Program-made: the position numbers and the translations under genes | Shown here: positions 24,901-38,121 of the stretch, in pieces | How positions within the stretch are numbered: the stretch's first letter is position 1 | Layout of the letters: every line of letters starts with the position of its first letter | NCBI RefSeq assembly: GCF_006345805.1 | Contig: NC_043007.1 | Coordinates: 18,290,001-18,354,000 of the forward strand | Direction: 5' to 3' | DNA length: 64,000 nucleotides | Source: Octopus sinensis | Lineage: Eukaryota | Notes under the pieces: model-generated | Told to the model about the DNA's origin: nothing | The model's database searches: none | Seen by the model: only the letters and a program-made list of their open reading frames with translations

Positions 24901-27900
24901 ATGGCACTAGTGCTTTTTACATGACACCAGCACCAGTGCTTTTTACATGGCACCAGTGCTTTTTACATGGCACCAGCACCAGTGCTTTTTACATGGCACC
25001 AGCACCAGTGCTTTTTACGTGGCACCAGTACCAGTGCTTTTTACGTGGCACCAGCACCAGTGCTTTTTACATGGCACTAGTGCTTTTTATGTGGCACCAG
25101 CACCAGTGCTTTTTACATGGCACTAGTGCTTTTTACATGGCACCAGTGCCTTTTACGTGGCACCAGCACCAGTGCTTTTTACATGGCACCAGCACCAGTG
25201 CTTTTTACATGGCACCAGTACCAGTGCTTTTTTATGCGGCACCAGCACCAGTTCTTTTTACGTGGCACCAGCACCAGTGCTTTTTACATGGCACCAGTGC
25301 CTTTTACGTGGCACCAGCACCAGTGCTTTTTACATGGCACCAGCACCAGTGCTTTTTACATGGCACCAGTGCCTGTTACATGGCACCAGCACCAGTGCTT
25401 TTTACATGGCACCAGTACCAGTGCTTTTTACATGGCACTAGTGCTTTTTATGTGGCACCAGCACCAGTGCTTTTTACATGGCACCAGCACCAGTGCTTTT
25501 TACATGCACCAGTGCCTTTTACGTGGCACCAGCGCTTTTTACATGGCACCAGTACCAGTGCTTTTTACGTGGCACCAGTGCTTTTTATGTGGCACCAGCA
25601 CCAGTGCTTTTTACATGGCACTAGTGCTTTTTATGTGGCACCAGTACCAGTGCTTTTTATGTGGCACCAGCACCAGTGCTTTTTACATGGCACCAGTACC
25701 AGTGCTTTTTATGTGACACCAGCACCAGTGCTTTTTACATGGCACTAGTGCTCTTTATGTGGCACCAGCACCAGTGCTTTTTACATGGCACCAGTACCAG
25801 TGCTTTTTATGTGGCACCAGCACCAGTGCTTTTTACATGGCACTAGTGCTTTTTATGTGGCACCAGTACCAGTGCTTTTTACATGGCACCAGTACCAGTG
25901 CTTTTTACATGGCACCAGTACCAGTGCTTTTTATGTGGCACCAGCACCAGTGCTTTTTACATGGCACTAGTGCTTTTTATGTGGCACCAGTACCAGTGCT
26001 TTTTACATGGCACCAGTACCAGTGCTTTTTACATGGCACCAGTACCAGTGCTTTTTATGTGACACCAGCACCAGTGCTTTTTACATGGCACTAGTGCTCT
26101 TTATGTGGCACCAGCACCAGTGCTTTTTACATGGCACCAGTACCAGTGCTTTTTATGTGGCACCAGCACCAGTGCTTTTTACATGGCACTAGTGCTTTTT
26201 ATGTGGCACCAGTACCAGTGCTTTTTACATGGCACCAGTACCAGTGCTTTTTACATGGCACCAGTACCAGTGCTTTTTATGTGGCACCAGCACCAGTGCT
26301 TTTTACATGGCACTAGTGCTTTTTATGTGGCACCAGTACCAGTGCTTTTTACATGGCACCAGTACCAGTGCTTTTTACATGGCACCAGTACCAGTGCTTT
26401 TTATGTGACACCAGCACCAGTGCTTTTTACATGGCACTAGTGCTCTTTATGTGGCACCAGCACCAGTGCTTTTTACATGGCACCAGTACCAGTGCTTTTT
26501 ATGTGGCACCAGCACCAGTGCTTTTTACATGGCACTAGTGCTTTTTATGTGGCACCAGTACCAGTGCTTTTTACATGGCACCAGCACCAGTGCTTTTTAC
26601 ATGGCACCAGTACCAGTGCTTTTTTATGCGGCACCAGCACCAGTTCTTTTTACGTGGCACCAGCACCAGTGCTTTTTACATGGCACCAGTGCTTTTTACA
26701 TGGCACCAGTGCTTTTTACGTGGCACCAGCACCAGTGCTTTTTACATGGCACCAGCACCAGTGCTTTTTACATGGCACCAGTGCCTGTTACATGGCACCA
26801 GCACCAGTGCTTTTTACATGGCACCAGTACCAGTGCTTTTTACATGGCACTAGTGCTTTTTATGTGGCACCAGCACCAGTGCTTTTTACATGGCACCAGC
26901 ACCAGTGCTTTTTACATGGCACCAGTGCTTTTTACGTGGCACCAGCACCAGTGCTTTTTACATGGCACCAGTACCAGTGCTTTTTACGTGGCACCAGTGC
27001 TTTTTATGTGGCACCAGCACCAGTGCTTTTTACATGGCACTAGTGCTTTTTATGTGGCACCAGTACCAGTGCTTTTTATGTGGCACCAGCACCAGTGCTT
27101 TTTACATGGCACCAGTACCAGTGCTTTTTATGTGACACCAGCACCAGTGCTTTTTACATGGCACTAGTGCTCTTTATGTGGCACCAGCACCAGTGCTTTT
27201 TACATGGCACCAGTACCAGTGCTTTTTACATGGCACCAGCACCAGTGCTTTTTACATGGCACCAGCACCAGTGCTTTTTACGTGGCACCAGCACCAGTGC
27301 TTTTTACATGGCACCAGTGCTTTTTATGTGGCACCAGCACCAGTGCTTTTTACATGGCACCAGTACCAGTGCTTTTTACATGGCACCAGTACCAGTGCTT
27401 TTTACATGGCACTAGTGCTTTTTATGTGGCACCAGCACCAGTGCTTTTTACATGGCACCAGCACCAGTGCTTTTTACATGGCACCAGTACCAGTGCTTTT
27501 TACATGGCACCAGCACCAGTGCTTTTTACATGGCACTAGTGCTTTTTATGTGGCACCAGCACCAGTGCTTTTTACATGGCACCAGCACCAGTGCTTTTTA
27601 CATGGCACCAGTACCAGTGCTTTTTACATGGCACTAGTGCTTTTTATGTGGCACCAGCACCAGTGCTTTTTACATGGCACCAGTACCAGTGCTTTTTACA
27701 TGGCACCAGCACCAGTGCTTTTTACATGGCACCAGTGCTTTTTATGTGGCACCAGCACCAGTGCTTTTTACATGGCACCAGTACCAGTGCTTTTTACATG
27801 GCACCAGTACCAGTGCTTTTTACATGGCACTAGTGCTTTTTATGTGGCACCAGCACCAGTGCTTTTTACATGGCACCAGCACCAGTGCTTTTTACATGGC

Positions 27901-30900
27901 ACCAGTACCAGTGCTTTTTACATGGCACCAGCACCAGTGCTTTTTACATGGCACTAGTGCTCTTTATGTGGCACCAGCACCAGTGCTTTTTACATGGCAC
28001 CAGTACCAGTGCTTTTTACATGGCACCAGCACCAGTGCTTTTTACATGGCACCAGTGCTTTTTATGTGGCACCAGCACCAGTGCTTTTTACATGGCACCA
28101 GCACCAGTGCTTTTTACATGGCACCAGTGCCTTTTACGTGGCACCAGCACCAGTGCTTTTTACATGGCACCAGTACCAGTGCTTTTTACGTGGCACCAGT
28201 GCTTTTTATGTGGCACCAGCACCAGTGCTTTTTACATGGCACTAGTGCTTTTTATGTGGCACCAGTACCAGTGCTTTTTATGTGGCACCAGCACCAGTGC
28301 TTTTTACATGGCACCAGCACCAGTGCTTTTTACATGGCACCAGTGCTTTTTATGTGGCACCAGCACCAGTGCTTTTTACATGGCACCAGTGCTTTTTACA
28401 TGGCACCAGTACCAGTGCTTTTTACATGGCACCAGTACCAGTGCTTTTTACATGGCACTAGTGCTTTTTATGTGGCACCAGCACCAGTGCTTTTTACATG
28501 GCACCAGCACCAGTGCTTTTTACATGGCACCAGTACCAGTGCTTTTTACATGGCACCAGCACCAGTGCTTTTTACATGGCACCAGTACCAGTGCTTTTTA
28601 CATGGCACCAGTACCAGTGCTTTTTACATGGCACCAGTACCAGTGCTTTTTACATGGCACCAGTACCAGTGCTCTTTATGTGGCACCAGCACCAGTGCTT
28701 TTTACATGGCACCAGTACCAGTGCTTTTTACATGGCACCAGCACCAGTGCTTTTTACATGGCACCAGTGCTTTTTATGTGGCACCAGTGCCTTTTACGTG
28801 GCACCAGCACCAGTGCTTTTTACATGGCACCAGTGCCTTTTACGTGGCACCAGCACCAGTGCTTTTTACATGGCACCAGTGCTTTTTATGTGGCACCAGC
28901 ACCAGTGCTTTTTACATGGCACCAGTACCAGTGCTTTTTACATGGCACTAGTGCTTTTTATGTGGCACCAGCACCAGTGCTTTTTACATGGCACCAGTGC
29001 TTTTTATGTGGCACCAGCACCAGTGCTTTTTACATGGCACCAGTACCAGTGCTTTTTATGTGGCACCAGCACCAGTGCTTTTTACATGGCACCAGCACCA
29101 GTGCTTTTTACATGGCACCAGTGCTTTTTTGTGGCACCAGCACTTTTTACATGGCACCAGCACCAGTGCTTTTTACATGGCACCAGTACCAGTGCTTTTT
29201 ACATGGCACTAGTGCTTTTTATGTGGCACCAGCACCAGTGCTTTTTACATGGCACCAGTGCTTTTTATGTGGCACCAGCACCAGTGCTTTTTACATGGCA
29301 CCAGTACCAGTGCTTTTTACATGGCACTAGTGCTTTTTATGTGGCACCAGCACCAGTGCTTTTTACATGGCACCAGCACCAGTGCTTTTTACATGGCACC
29401 AGTACCAGTGCTTTTTACATGGCACCAGTACCAGTGCTTTTTACATGGCACTAGTGCTTTTTACATGGCACCAGTACCAGTGCTCTTTATGTGGCACCAG
29501 CACCAGTGCTTTTTACATGGCACCAGTACCAGTGCTTTTTACATGGCACCAGCACCAGTGCTTTTTACATGGCACCAGTGCTTTTTATGTGGCACCAGTG
29601 CCTTTTACGTGGCACCAGCACCAGTGCTTTTTACATGGCACCAGTGCTTTTTACATGGCACCAGTGCCTTTTACGTGGCACCAGCACCAGTGCTTTTTAC
29701 ATGGCACCAGCACCAGTGCTTTTTACATGGCACCAGTGCTTTTTATGTGGCACCAGCACCAGTGCTTTTTACATGGCACCAGTACCAGTGCTTTTTACAT
29801 GGCACTAGTGCTTTTTATGTGGCACCAGCACCAGTGCTTTTTACATGGCACCAGTGCTTTTTACGTGGCACCAGCACCAGTGCTTTTTACATGGCACCAG
29901 TACCAGTGCTTTTTACATGGCACCAGTGCTTTTTATGTGGCACCAGCACCAGTGCTTTTTACATGGCACCAGTGCTTTTTATGTGGCACCAGCACCAGTG
30001 CTTTTTACATGGCACCAGTGCTTTTTATGTGGCACCAGCACCAGTGCTTTTTACATGGCACCAGTACCAGTGCTTTTTACATGGCACCAGTGCTTTTTAT
30101 GTGGCACCAGCACCAGTGCTTTTTACATGGCACCAGCACCAGTGCTTTTTACATGGCACCAGTGCTTTTTACGTGGCACCAGCACTTTTTACATGGCACC
30201 AGTACCAGTGCTTTTTACATGGCACTAGTGCTTTTTATGTGGCACCAGCACCAGTGCTTTTTACATGGCACCAGTGCCTTTTACGTGGCACCAGCACCAG
30301 TGCTTTTTACATGGCACCAGTACCAGTGCTTTTTACATGGCACTAGTGCTTTTTATGTGGCACCAGCACCAGTGCTTTTTACATGGCACCAGTGCTTTTT
30401 ACATGGCACCAGCACCAGTGCTTTTTACATGGCACCAGTGCTTTTTATGTGGCACCAGCACCAGTGCTTTTTACATGGCACCAGTACCAGTGCTTTTTAC
30501 ATGGCACCAGTGCTTTTTATGTGGCACCAGCACCAGTGCTTTTTACATGGCACCAGCACCAGTGCTTTTTACATGGCACCAGTGCTTTTTATGTGGCACC
30601 AGCACTTTTTACATGGCACCAGTACCAGTGCTTTTTACATGGCACTAGTGCTTTTTATGTGGCACCAGCACCAGCGCTTTTTACATGGCACCAGCACCAG
30701 TGCTTTTTACATGGCACCAGCACCAGTGCTTTTTACATGGCACCAGCACCAGTGCTTTTTACATGGCACTAGTGCTTTTTACATGGCACCAGTACCAGTG
30801 CTCTTTATGTGGCACCAGCACCAGTGCTCTTTATGTGGCACCAGCACCAGTGCTTTTTACATGGCACCAGTACCAGTGCTTTTTACATGGCACCAGCACC

Positions 30901-31474
30901 AGTGCTTTTTACATGGCACCAGTACCAGTGCTTTTTACATGGCACCAGTACCAGTGCTTTTTACATGGCACCAGTGCTTTTTACATGGCACCAGTACCAG
31001 TGCTCTTTATGTGGCACCAGCACCAGTGCTTTTTACATGGCACCAGTACCAGTGCTTTTTACATGGCACCAGCACCAGTGCTTTTTACATGGCACCAGTG
31101 CTTTTTACGTGGCACCAGTGCCTTTTACGTGGCACCAGCACCAGTGCTTTTTACATGGCACCAGTGCTTTTTACATGGCACCAGTGCCTTTTACGTGGCA
31201 CCAGCACCAGTGCTTTTTACATGGCACCAGCACCAGTGCTTTTTACATGGCACCAGTGCTTTTTATGTGGCACCAGCACCAGTGCTTTTTACATGGCACC
31301 AGTACTAGTGCTTTTTACATGGCACTAGTGCTTTTTATGTGGCACCAGCACCAGTGCTTTTTACATGGCACCAGTGCCTTTTACGTGGCACCAGCACCAG
31401 TGCTTTTTACATGGCACCAGCACTTTTTACATGGCACCAGTGCTTTTTACGTGGCACCAGCACCAGTGCCTTTT
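18902..31474. repeat. ~12.5 kb minisatellite/satellite array; units GGCACCAGTGCTTTTTACAT (20 bp) and GGCACCAGCACCAGTGCTTTTTACAT (26 bp) plus variants
   Basis: Continuous tandem units with no unique spacers; roughly 500-550 units estimated from length. Confidence 0.99.
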
Positions 31475-32499
31475 TCTTTTCTTTTAAAGCTAAATATATA
31501 CAGGGTGGTATGAAAGTAGTTATGAAAAGAGAAAACACGTACAATACTCATTTATTAAGTATTATTATAGTTATGATAAATGTATTAATATGATTAATGA
31601 CACTGAAAATATCAAAAATGAAGCTAACTAATTTAATGTGCTAATAATTTTAATGAATTAAGTATTATGACATTGATGTGGTACTTACTGTTTACCTACT
31701 TTTGCACCCCTGCCCCAGGATATTAGGCTAACCACCAGAGATGGCCTCTGATTCTAAGACACAAAACATCTTGTTTTAAAACGTTCATATTTTGAATTAA
31801 AGACTATCCATCAGAATTTTATGCAAGAACCATTTTACATTGTGTTCCTCACACCAATTCAAGGTTTTCAAATTCCGGCACAAGGCCAGCAATTTTAAGG
31901 GAAGGAATTGTCAATTACATCAACCCTTGACAGAAAAAAATTTCATGCACGTGAAGCTTGCAGATTATGTTTTGATGGATATCATGAAATCAACCAAATA
32001 TGCAACCTACACTAGTTTTTAAAGTAAGCTCCTTATTTCAAAGGAATTTTAAATGAAAAAGGATAAAGCTCCTTTCTGTGTCATAGAGACTCATAGGGCT
32101 GGTTTACCAGATTCTCTTACATGGATGGGTCACTGATCTGTCACAGAAATACCCATTTTTTGCCAACTAAGTGGACTGGAGTAATATGAAATTAATTGTT
32201 TTGCTCAAGAAGACAAGACATTGCCCAGTACAGGAATTGAAACCACAATCTTATGATCATGAGTTCAACACACTAACCACTATGCCACAGACCTCCACAA
32301 TACACTCCAAAGCAACTTGAGAAAACATTTAGTTTGGACATTGACTTACAGCTCTTAATAAGGACTGATAGAAGCTAATAGTGACCCTTTAATTCATCTG
32401 CATTAGACAACCTTTCTAGCACATGTCACACGATGAAACACACACAGTGAAATAAATGTTTTAAATGACAATAAAACTAAAATTAATTAAAATATCTGG

Positions 32500-32937
32500 T
32501 GCAGATATGGCTGTGTAGTTAAGAAGCTTGTTTCCAAACAATGTGACCTTGGGTTCAGCTCCATGACATGGCACCTTGGGCAAGTATCCTCTAGTGTATC
32601 CCTAGGCCAACCAAAGCCGTGAGAGAATTTGATAGACAGAAATGAAAGAAGTCCATGGTGTGTGTGTGTGTGTGTGTGTGTGTGAGTGAGTGTATATGTG
32701 TACCCTTGTTTCAACATCATGTGATGGTTGTAAATGAGCAATGTTATTTGTTTCCTGTCTTCTACGAAAAGCATGTCTGATGATGGGAAATATTAGCTTT
32801 CTTGGAAAAACATGGCTGTTGGCGACAAGAAGGGTATCCAATCACAACCCCCTACCCCCACCCAAAAAAATGGCCTCATCAAATTCTGTGGGACTCATGC
32901 TAGCATGATGGAAAAATGAACATTAAATGATGATGAT
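32500..32937 (+). mobile_element. SINE with family-A head and LINE-like 3' tail (related copies at 10345-10675 + and 33935-34170 -)
   Basis: A head, ggcgacaagaagggtatcca block, catgctagcatg..ttaaatgatgatgat tail. Confidence 0.65.
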
Positions 32938-33675
32938 ATCAAAGATAGTACAGTTGCAGTGTGAGGAAACTGTCAAACTCAGTTAATCCTCTTTGTTTCA
33001 AACCTGGCGTATATTTGATAACATGAATCAAGATCTCTGTTGACTGGACAAACGAGAGATAGGGGGGAGAAGGGAAAGAAAGAGAAAGGGAGCAATATAA
33101 TATTAGATAAAATCAACTTTAGAGTATTATGTCACTAATCTTTTTTATCATTGTTGTCTACAAGAATCTTCAATCCTTCACAAATACAGAGTCAAACAAA
33201 ATATATATATGTTGAATGTCATTTTACAACTCTCACAGCTAAACATATGACATTGTACAGAATACAAATTTAAAAGCTTGATACATTTGGGGTACAAGAT
33301 CTGTGGGTCAACTCCAAATCTGTTGGTTTCCTCAGAATCATTTTACTTAATAACATGAGTACTTACGCAGCCAGGAACAAAAACTAAGTAGATAGAATTG
33401 CTAATGTCATTAACTCTTTAGTGTTTAAACTGGCCATATCCGGCCCAAAATATTCTACATACTTTATATTCAAAGTGGCCATATCTAGCCTCTCACACCT
33501 AACCTACAGTGACAGTCTAAAAATAAGCAATCACATCATTGAAACCTCAAAGCTATAAGTTAATGCATGATTAATTCAAAACAATTTGAGTGAAAAAGCA
33601 TTACATTTAACAGAGTAATCTGAACACTAAAGGGTTAAGTGAAGAATCAACTTGTGGTAATTAAGGATAAAGTTA

Positions 33676-33909
33676 TGGCAGCGAGATGGCAGAATCGTTA
33701 GCATGCCGGGCGAAATGCGCAGCCGTATTTCGTCTGTCGCTACATTGTGAGTTCAAATTCTGCTGAGGTCAACTTTGCCTTTCATCCTTTCGGGGTCGAT
33801 TAAATAAGTACCAGTTAGGCACTGGGGTCGATATAATCGACTTAATCCGTGTGTCTGTCCTTGTTTGTCCTCTCTGTGTTCAGCCTCTTGTGGGTAGTAA
33901 AGAAATAGG
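33676..33909 (+). mobile_element. SINE family B
   Basis: 18-bp TSD taattaaggataa(a/g)gtta. Confidence 0.9.
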
Positions 33910-34214
33910 TAATTAAGGATAAGGTTACCATAATCATCATTGTTTTAACGTCTATTTTTCTATGCTCACATGGGTTAGACAGAATTTGGGAAGGTGGAAT
34001 TTCTATAGCCAGATGCCCTTCCTGTTGTCAACCCTCATCTGTTCTCATGTAGAGCAATATTTTTTCCATAACCTGACATGGTTTTACAGAAGATTAGAAA
34101 TGAAGGCCACTGCTTGTATGATAATGACATGTGCATACAGTTATCAAGTGAGTTGAAGGCAAGGAAACAGTAACACACAAGTAGACACATGAAGGGCTCT
34201 CTTCAGTTTTTGTT

Positions 34215-34741
34215 TACCGAATCCAGAGACCGAGACCTTTGAAAGTATGCTGTGCATGAGAAAACCCGGCAGGACAAGTGAGACCATAACCCGTGGCCTC
34301 TACCTGGGATGTAGCCAGTCCACTTATGCATACCTTTCCTTCTTGGGACACAAAACTCTACTTGTGAAGACCTGTTGAGGCAAGTGAAAATCGAAATCAT
34401 AATCGATCAACATCAATGGAATTTGTAGTTGTGATACCAGTGCCGGTGGCATGTAAGAGAACCATCCGAATGTGGCCGTTGCCAGTGCCGCCCCGACTGG
34501 CCTCCGTGCCAGTGGGATGTAAAAAGCACCATCCGATTGTGGCTGTTTGCCAGCCTCGTCTGGCACGTAAAAAGCACCCACAACACTCACGGAGTGGTTG
34601 GGGTTAGGAAGGGCATCCAGCTGTAGAAACACTGCCAGATCAGACTGAGCCTGGTGCAGCCTTCAGGCCTCCCAGACCCCAGCTGAACCGTCCAACCCAC
34701 GCTAGCATGGAAGATGGATGTTAAACGATGATGATGATGAT
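34215..34741 (+). mobile_element. RTE LINE 3' end (last codons, UTR, tail)
   Basis: gagacctttgaaagtatgctgtgcatgagaaaacc matches the end of the 57545-57600 copy; gagtggttggggttaggaagggcatccagc block; (GAT)n tail. Confidence 0.85.
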
Positions 34742-35439
34742 TCACAAGGCTTTGGTCAGTAGTCAGCTCAGGGCCATAGTAAAAGACACTTACCCAAGGT
34801 TCCACACAACGTGACTGAACACAACACTAAGTGGTTTGGAAAACAATTGAAATTCAGGTCAGTTGAAGTCAAGTAACAAACCTTGTTTGGTTATCAGTTA
34901 ACCACAATTACATGACAAAATATTATAGTTAGGTCATCATAGGTAATGAATATGTGTGAATGCATACATACATTCAATTTAGTTTCTGCAAAACCTGGTC
35001 TATCAAGGACATATTTTCATAGGTCATAGGTTACACATCAGTGGTTCTTTTCATAATCGGACATCATCAATACACTGAGTCCATAGACAGAGACCTTGCT
35101 GATATTATTCTTCGATGGGGCCAAGACAATCTTATCTCCTCCAACAGGAGAAATACATAATCACTTCACATATCATGGAAGAACATTTGTACTAACCCTC
35201 TCTAAATCGTAGAAAATGCATGGCTCAGTTGTAAGGGATCTGAACTCTTAGTTACTGGAATGAGACAACAGGGCATTGCTGTTGGGATGCTGATGATTTG
35301 GCATGGCTGACTGGACATTCAACTTGTTTTGGCGACATTACATTTTGATGCTGGACACACACACAAACACATATGTGCATCTGCACCCAGAAATATATAA
35401 ATAGAGCAAAAGAGAAAGGGACAGATACATCACACATGC

Positions 35440-35535
35440 ACTGAAACATAAACAGAGAGAAAAGAGAGAGAGAAAAAAGAGAGAGAGAGAAAAAGAGAGA
35501 GAGAAAAAAAGAGAGAGAGAGAGAAAAAGAGAGAT
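35440..35535. repeat. (GA)n/A-rich microsatellite
   Basis: Direct observation. Confidence 0.85.
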
Positions 35536-35564
35536 TTATACATAGGATCACATCATCCATTGTG

Positions 35565-35840
35565 TCATCATCATCATCAATGCAGTTTAACATCTGCTTT
35601 CCATGTTAAACTGGGTTGGACGGTTTGATTGAGGACTGGCGAACCAGAAGGCTGCACCAGGCTCCAATCTGATTTGGCAAAGTTTCTACAGCTGGATGCC
35701 CTTCCTAAAGCCAACCACTCCGAGAGCATAGTGGGTGCTTTTATGTGCCACCGGCACGAGGTCCAGTCAGGCAGTACTGGCACTGGCCACGCTCAAATGG
35801 TGCTTTTTACGTACCACTTGTACAGGAGCCAATCCAGTGT
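35565..35840 (-). mobile_element. RTE LINE 3'UTR copy
   Basis: (CAT)n tail plus ctggatgcccttcctaaagccaaccactcc. Confidence 0.8.
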
Positions 35841-36584
35841 TTAAAGGTAGTAAGATGAGATCTGAGTAAGATATGGCAGCTATTTTTTTAGCAGCCATAT
35901 CTTTAACGTTCTCCGTGTGTGGGAAGATGTGTAGGTGTTATAAGTTTAACAGCTAGGTCAACACAGGCCCATTTACACTTTATGGCTAGACTAAAGTATT
36001 AAATATGTTAAATCATGTTCTGCGTGAGGTTCATTTTACTAACACATTATGTGTCAATGAGAGAACGTTGACCTTATCCTGTGTGAATCTTAGATAAACA
36101 AAAATACTACACATGAATGAACTTCTTTTGTTAATATATAGAAATTCTTTAGAATAGTTAACCTTTTAGCATTCAGATTATTCTGTCAAATGTAATGCTG
36201 TTTCATTCACATTTTTAATTAATCATATATTATCTGAAAGCTTTGAAATTTTGATGGTGTGATAGCATATTTTTAGGATGGCATTGAAGGGTAGGTGTGA
36301 TGGGCAGGATTTGACTGGTTGGGACATAAAGCAAGTGGTATATGCAGGCTGGATGTGGTTGGTTTAAATGTCAAAAGGTAAAACGACAACTTTCTGTAGG
36401 AAGCTGGTTAACACAGCAATATTATTTAAACAGATGACAACACCCAAAAGACAACAGACACGCACAGCATTAAAATATCACTGTTGCATATTCATCAAAC
36501 ATGCATCGAAAGTAAGTTATTAGTGTTTAATAAAATTGTTGAACTGCACAACACACACAGAGGCAAATATGTGTCTATAGGTAT

Positions 36585-37420
36585 GGGTGTATGGGTGTGT
36601 GGTAAAGAAGCTCACTTTGCATCCATACCATTCAAGGTACCTTGGGCAAGTGTTTTCTACTACAGCCATGGGCCAACCAATGCTTTGTGAGTGAATTTGT
36701 AACGGTGTGGAAGCCTGCCATGTTTGTGTGTGTGTGTTTGTATTTGTCCCCCACTACCACTTAGCAACTGATGTTGGTTTGTTTATTTCCCCTTGACTTA
36801 GCAGTTTGTCAAAAGAGACTGATAGGATAAGTACCAGACTTAACAATAAGTGCTTGTTTAACAAAACACTTCAAGAGGGTGCCCCAGTATGGGCACAGTT
36901 CAATGAGCTAAATGAGTAAAAGATGAAAGATGTACATCTATGAGATTGGTAGATATACATACATACACACACAGATATACCCTAATATAAATATGTATGT
37001 ATTTATATAAAACATGCTCTTTTATTTGTTTCAGTCCTTTGACTGTGGCCATGCTGGAGCACAGCCTTTAGTCGAGCAAATCAACCCCAGGACTTATTCT
37101 TTGGAAGCCTAGTATTTATTCTATCGGTCTCTTTTACCAAACCACTTACGGGGACATAAACACATCAGCATTGGTTGTCAAGCGATGTCGGGGGGACAAA
37201 CACAAACACATAAACATGCACACACACACACATATATTTATATATATACATACATAAATACGACGGGCTTCTTTCAGTTTCCGTCTACCATATCCACTCA
37301 CAAGGCTTTGGTCGGCCTGAGGCTATAGTAGAAGACACTTGCCCAAGGTGCCATGCAGTGGCAATGAACCCAGAATCATGTGGTTGGTAAGCAAGCTACT
37401 TACCACACAGTCACTCCTGC
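36585..37420. mobile_element. Two SINE A copies, + (36585-36930) and - (37020-37420), tail-to-tail
   Basis: Family A motifs on opposite strands. Confidence 0.8.
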
Positions 37421-37924
37421 ATATACTTATAACGTAGCAGTTGAAGATAACTGCTGGTCTGTAATTTGAAATCATCATCATCATCTTCATTTAACATCCA
37501 TTTTCCATGCTGGCATGGGTTTGAGAACGGCTGGCCAGCTGAAGAGCTGCCCAGACTCCATGCCTGTTTTGGCATGGTTTCTATAGCTGAATTTCATCTG
37601 AGATTGGTTTTGTCAACATGAAACTTCCACTTATAGATTAGTGGTCATTTTTCACAGCATTGTTGTGTGCTTAACGTGCTCACTTTGAAGTCACATGTGC
37701 TCAGGTTCAGTTTCCATTGTGTTGTACCTTGAGCAAGTGTCTGGTTGTAGACACCAAGGTTCTATGCTTAATTTTGTCAAAATAATCATTTGTATGCTAA
37801 TGCCTCTGAGTACATCTATTGTGCATATGTCCTCATCTGCACCTCTCTTTATCTGCTATTCTTTCTTACAATTACGGAGATGTACTTGCATAGCAAGTGA
37901 CCCGATTTGAGATCGTGTGCTGGA

Positions 37925-38121
37925 ACGAAAACAATTGCAGCGTGGAACGTGTTTATAAGCCATTTAAGAAACACACAAAAACCGTTAGATCCAGCACGGA
38001 ATTTTGTCAGTGAACAGGTTGCGGTATCAAAGCGATGAAAATATTTTGACAAATTAAATTTAAATGTTGAAGTGAATCTAATGGTTTTTGTGTGTTTCTT
38101 CCACGCTGCAATTGTTTTCGT
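37925..38121. repeat. Inverted-repeat element (MITE-like)
   Basis: acgaaaacaattgcagcgtggaa..aagaaacacacaaaaaccgttagat / atctaatggtttttgtgtgtttcttccacgctgcaattgttttcgt. Confidence 0.65.

Noticed and set aside
18902-31474. CRISPR-like array
   Set aside because: No unique spacers, no cas genes, eukaryotic intron context.
18893-31593. Many long + strand ORFs (up to 653 aa, WHQHQCFLH/MAPAPVLFT repeats)
   Set aside because: Translations of the satellite. Units of 20 and 26 bp cycle all three frames, and stops come only from the CTAG variant. No unique sequence or splice structure.
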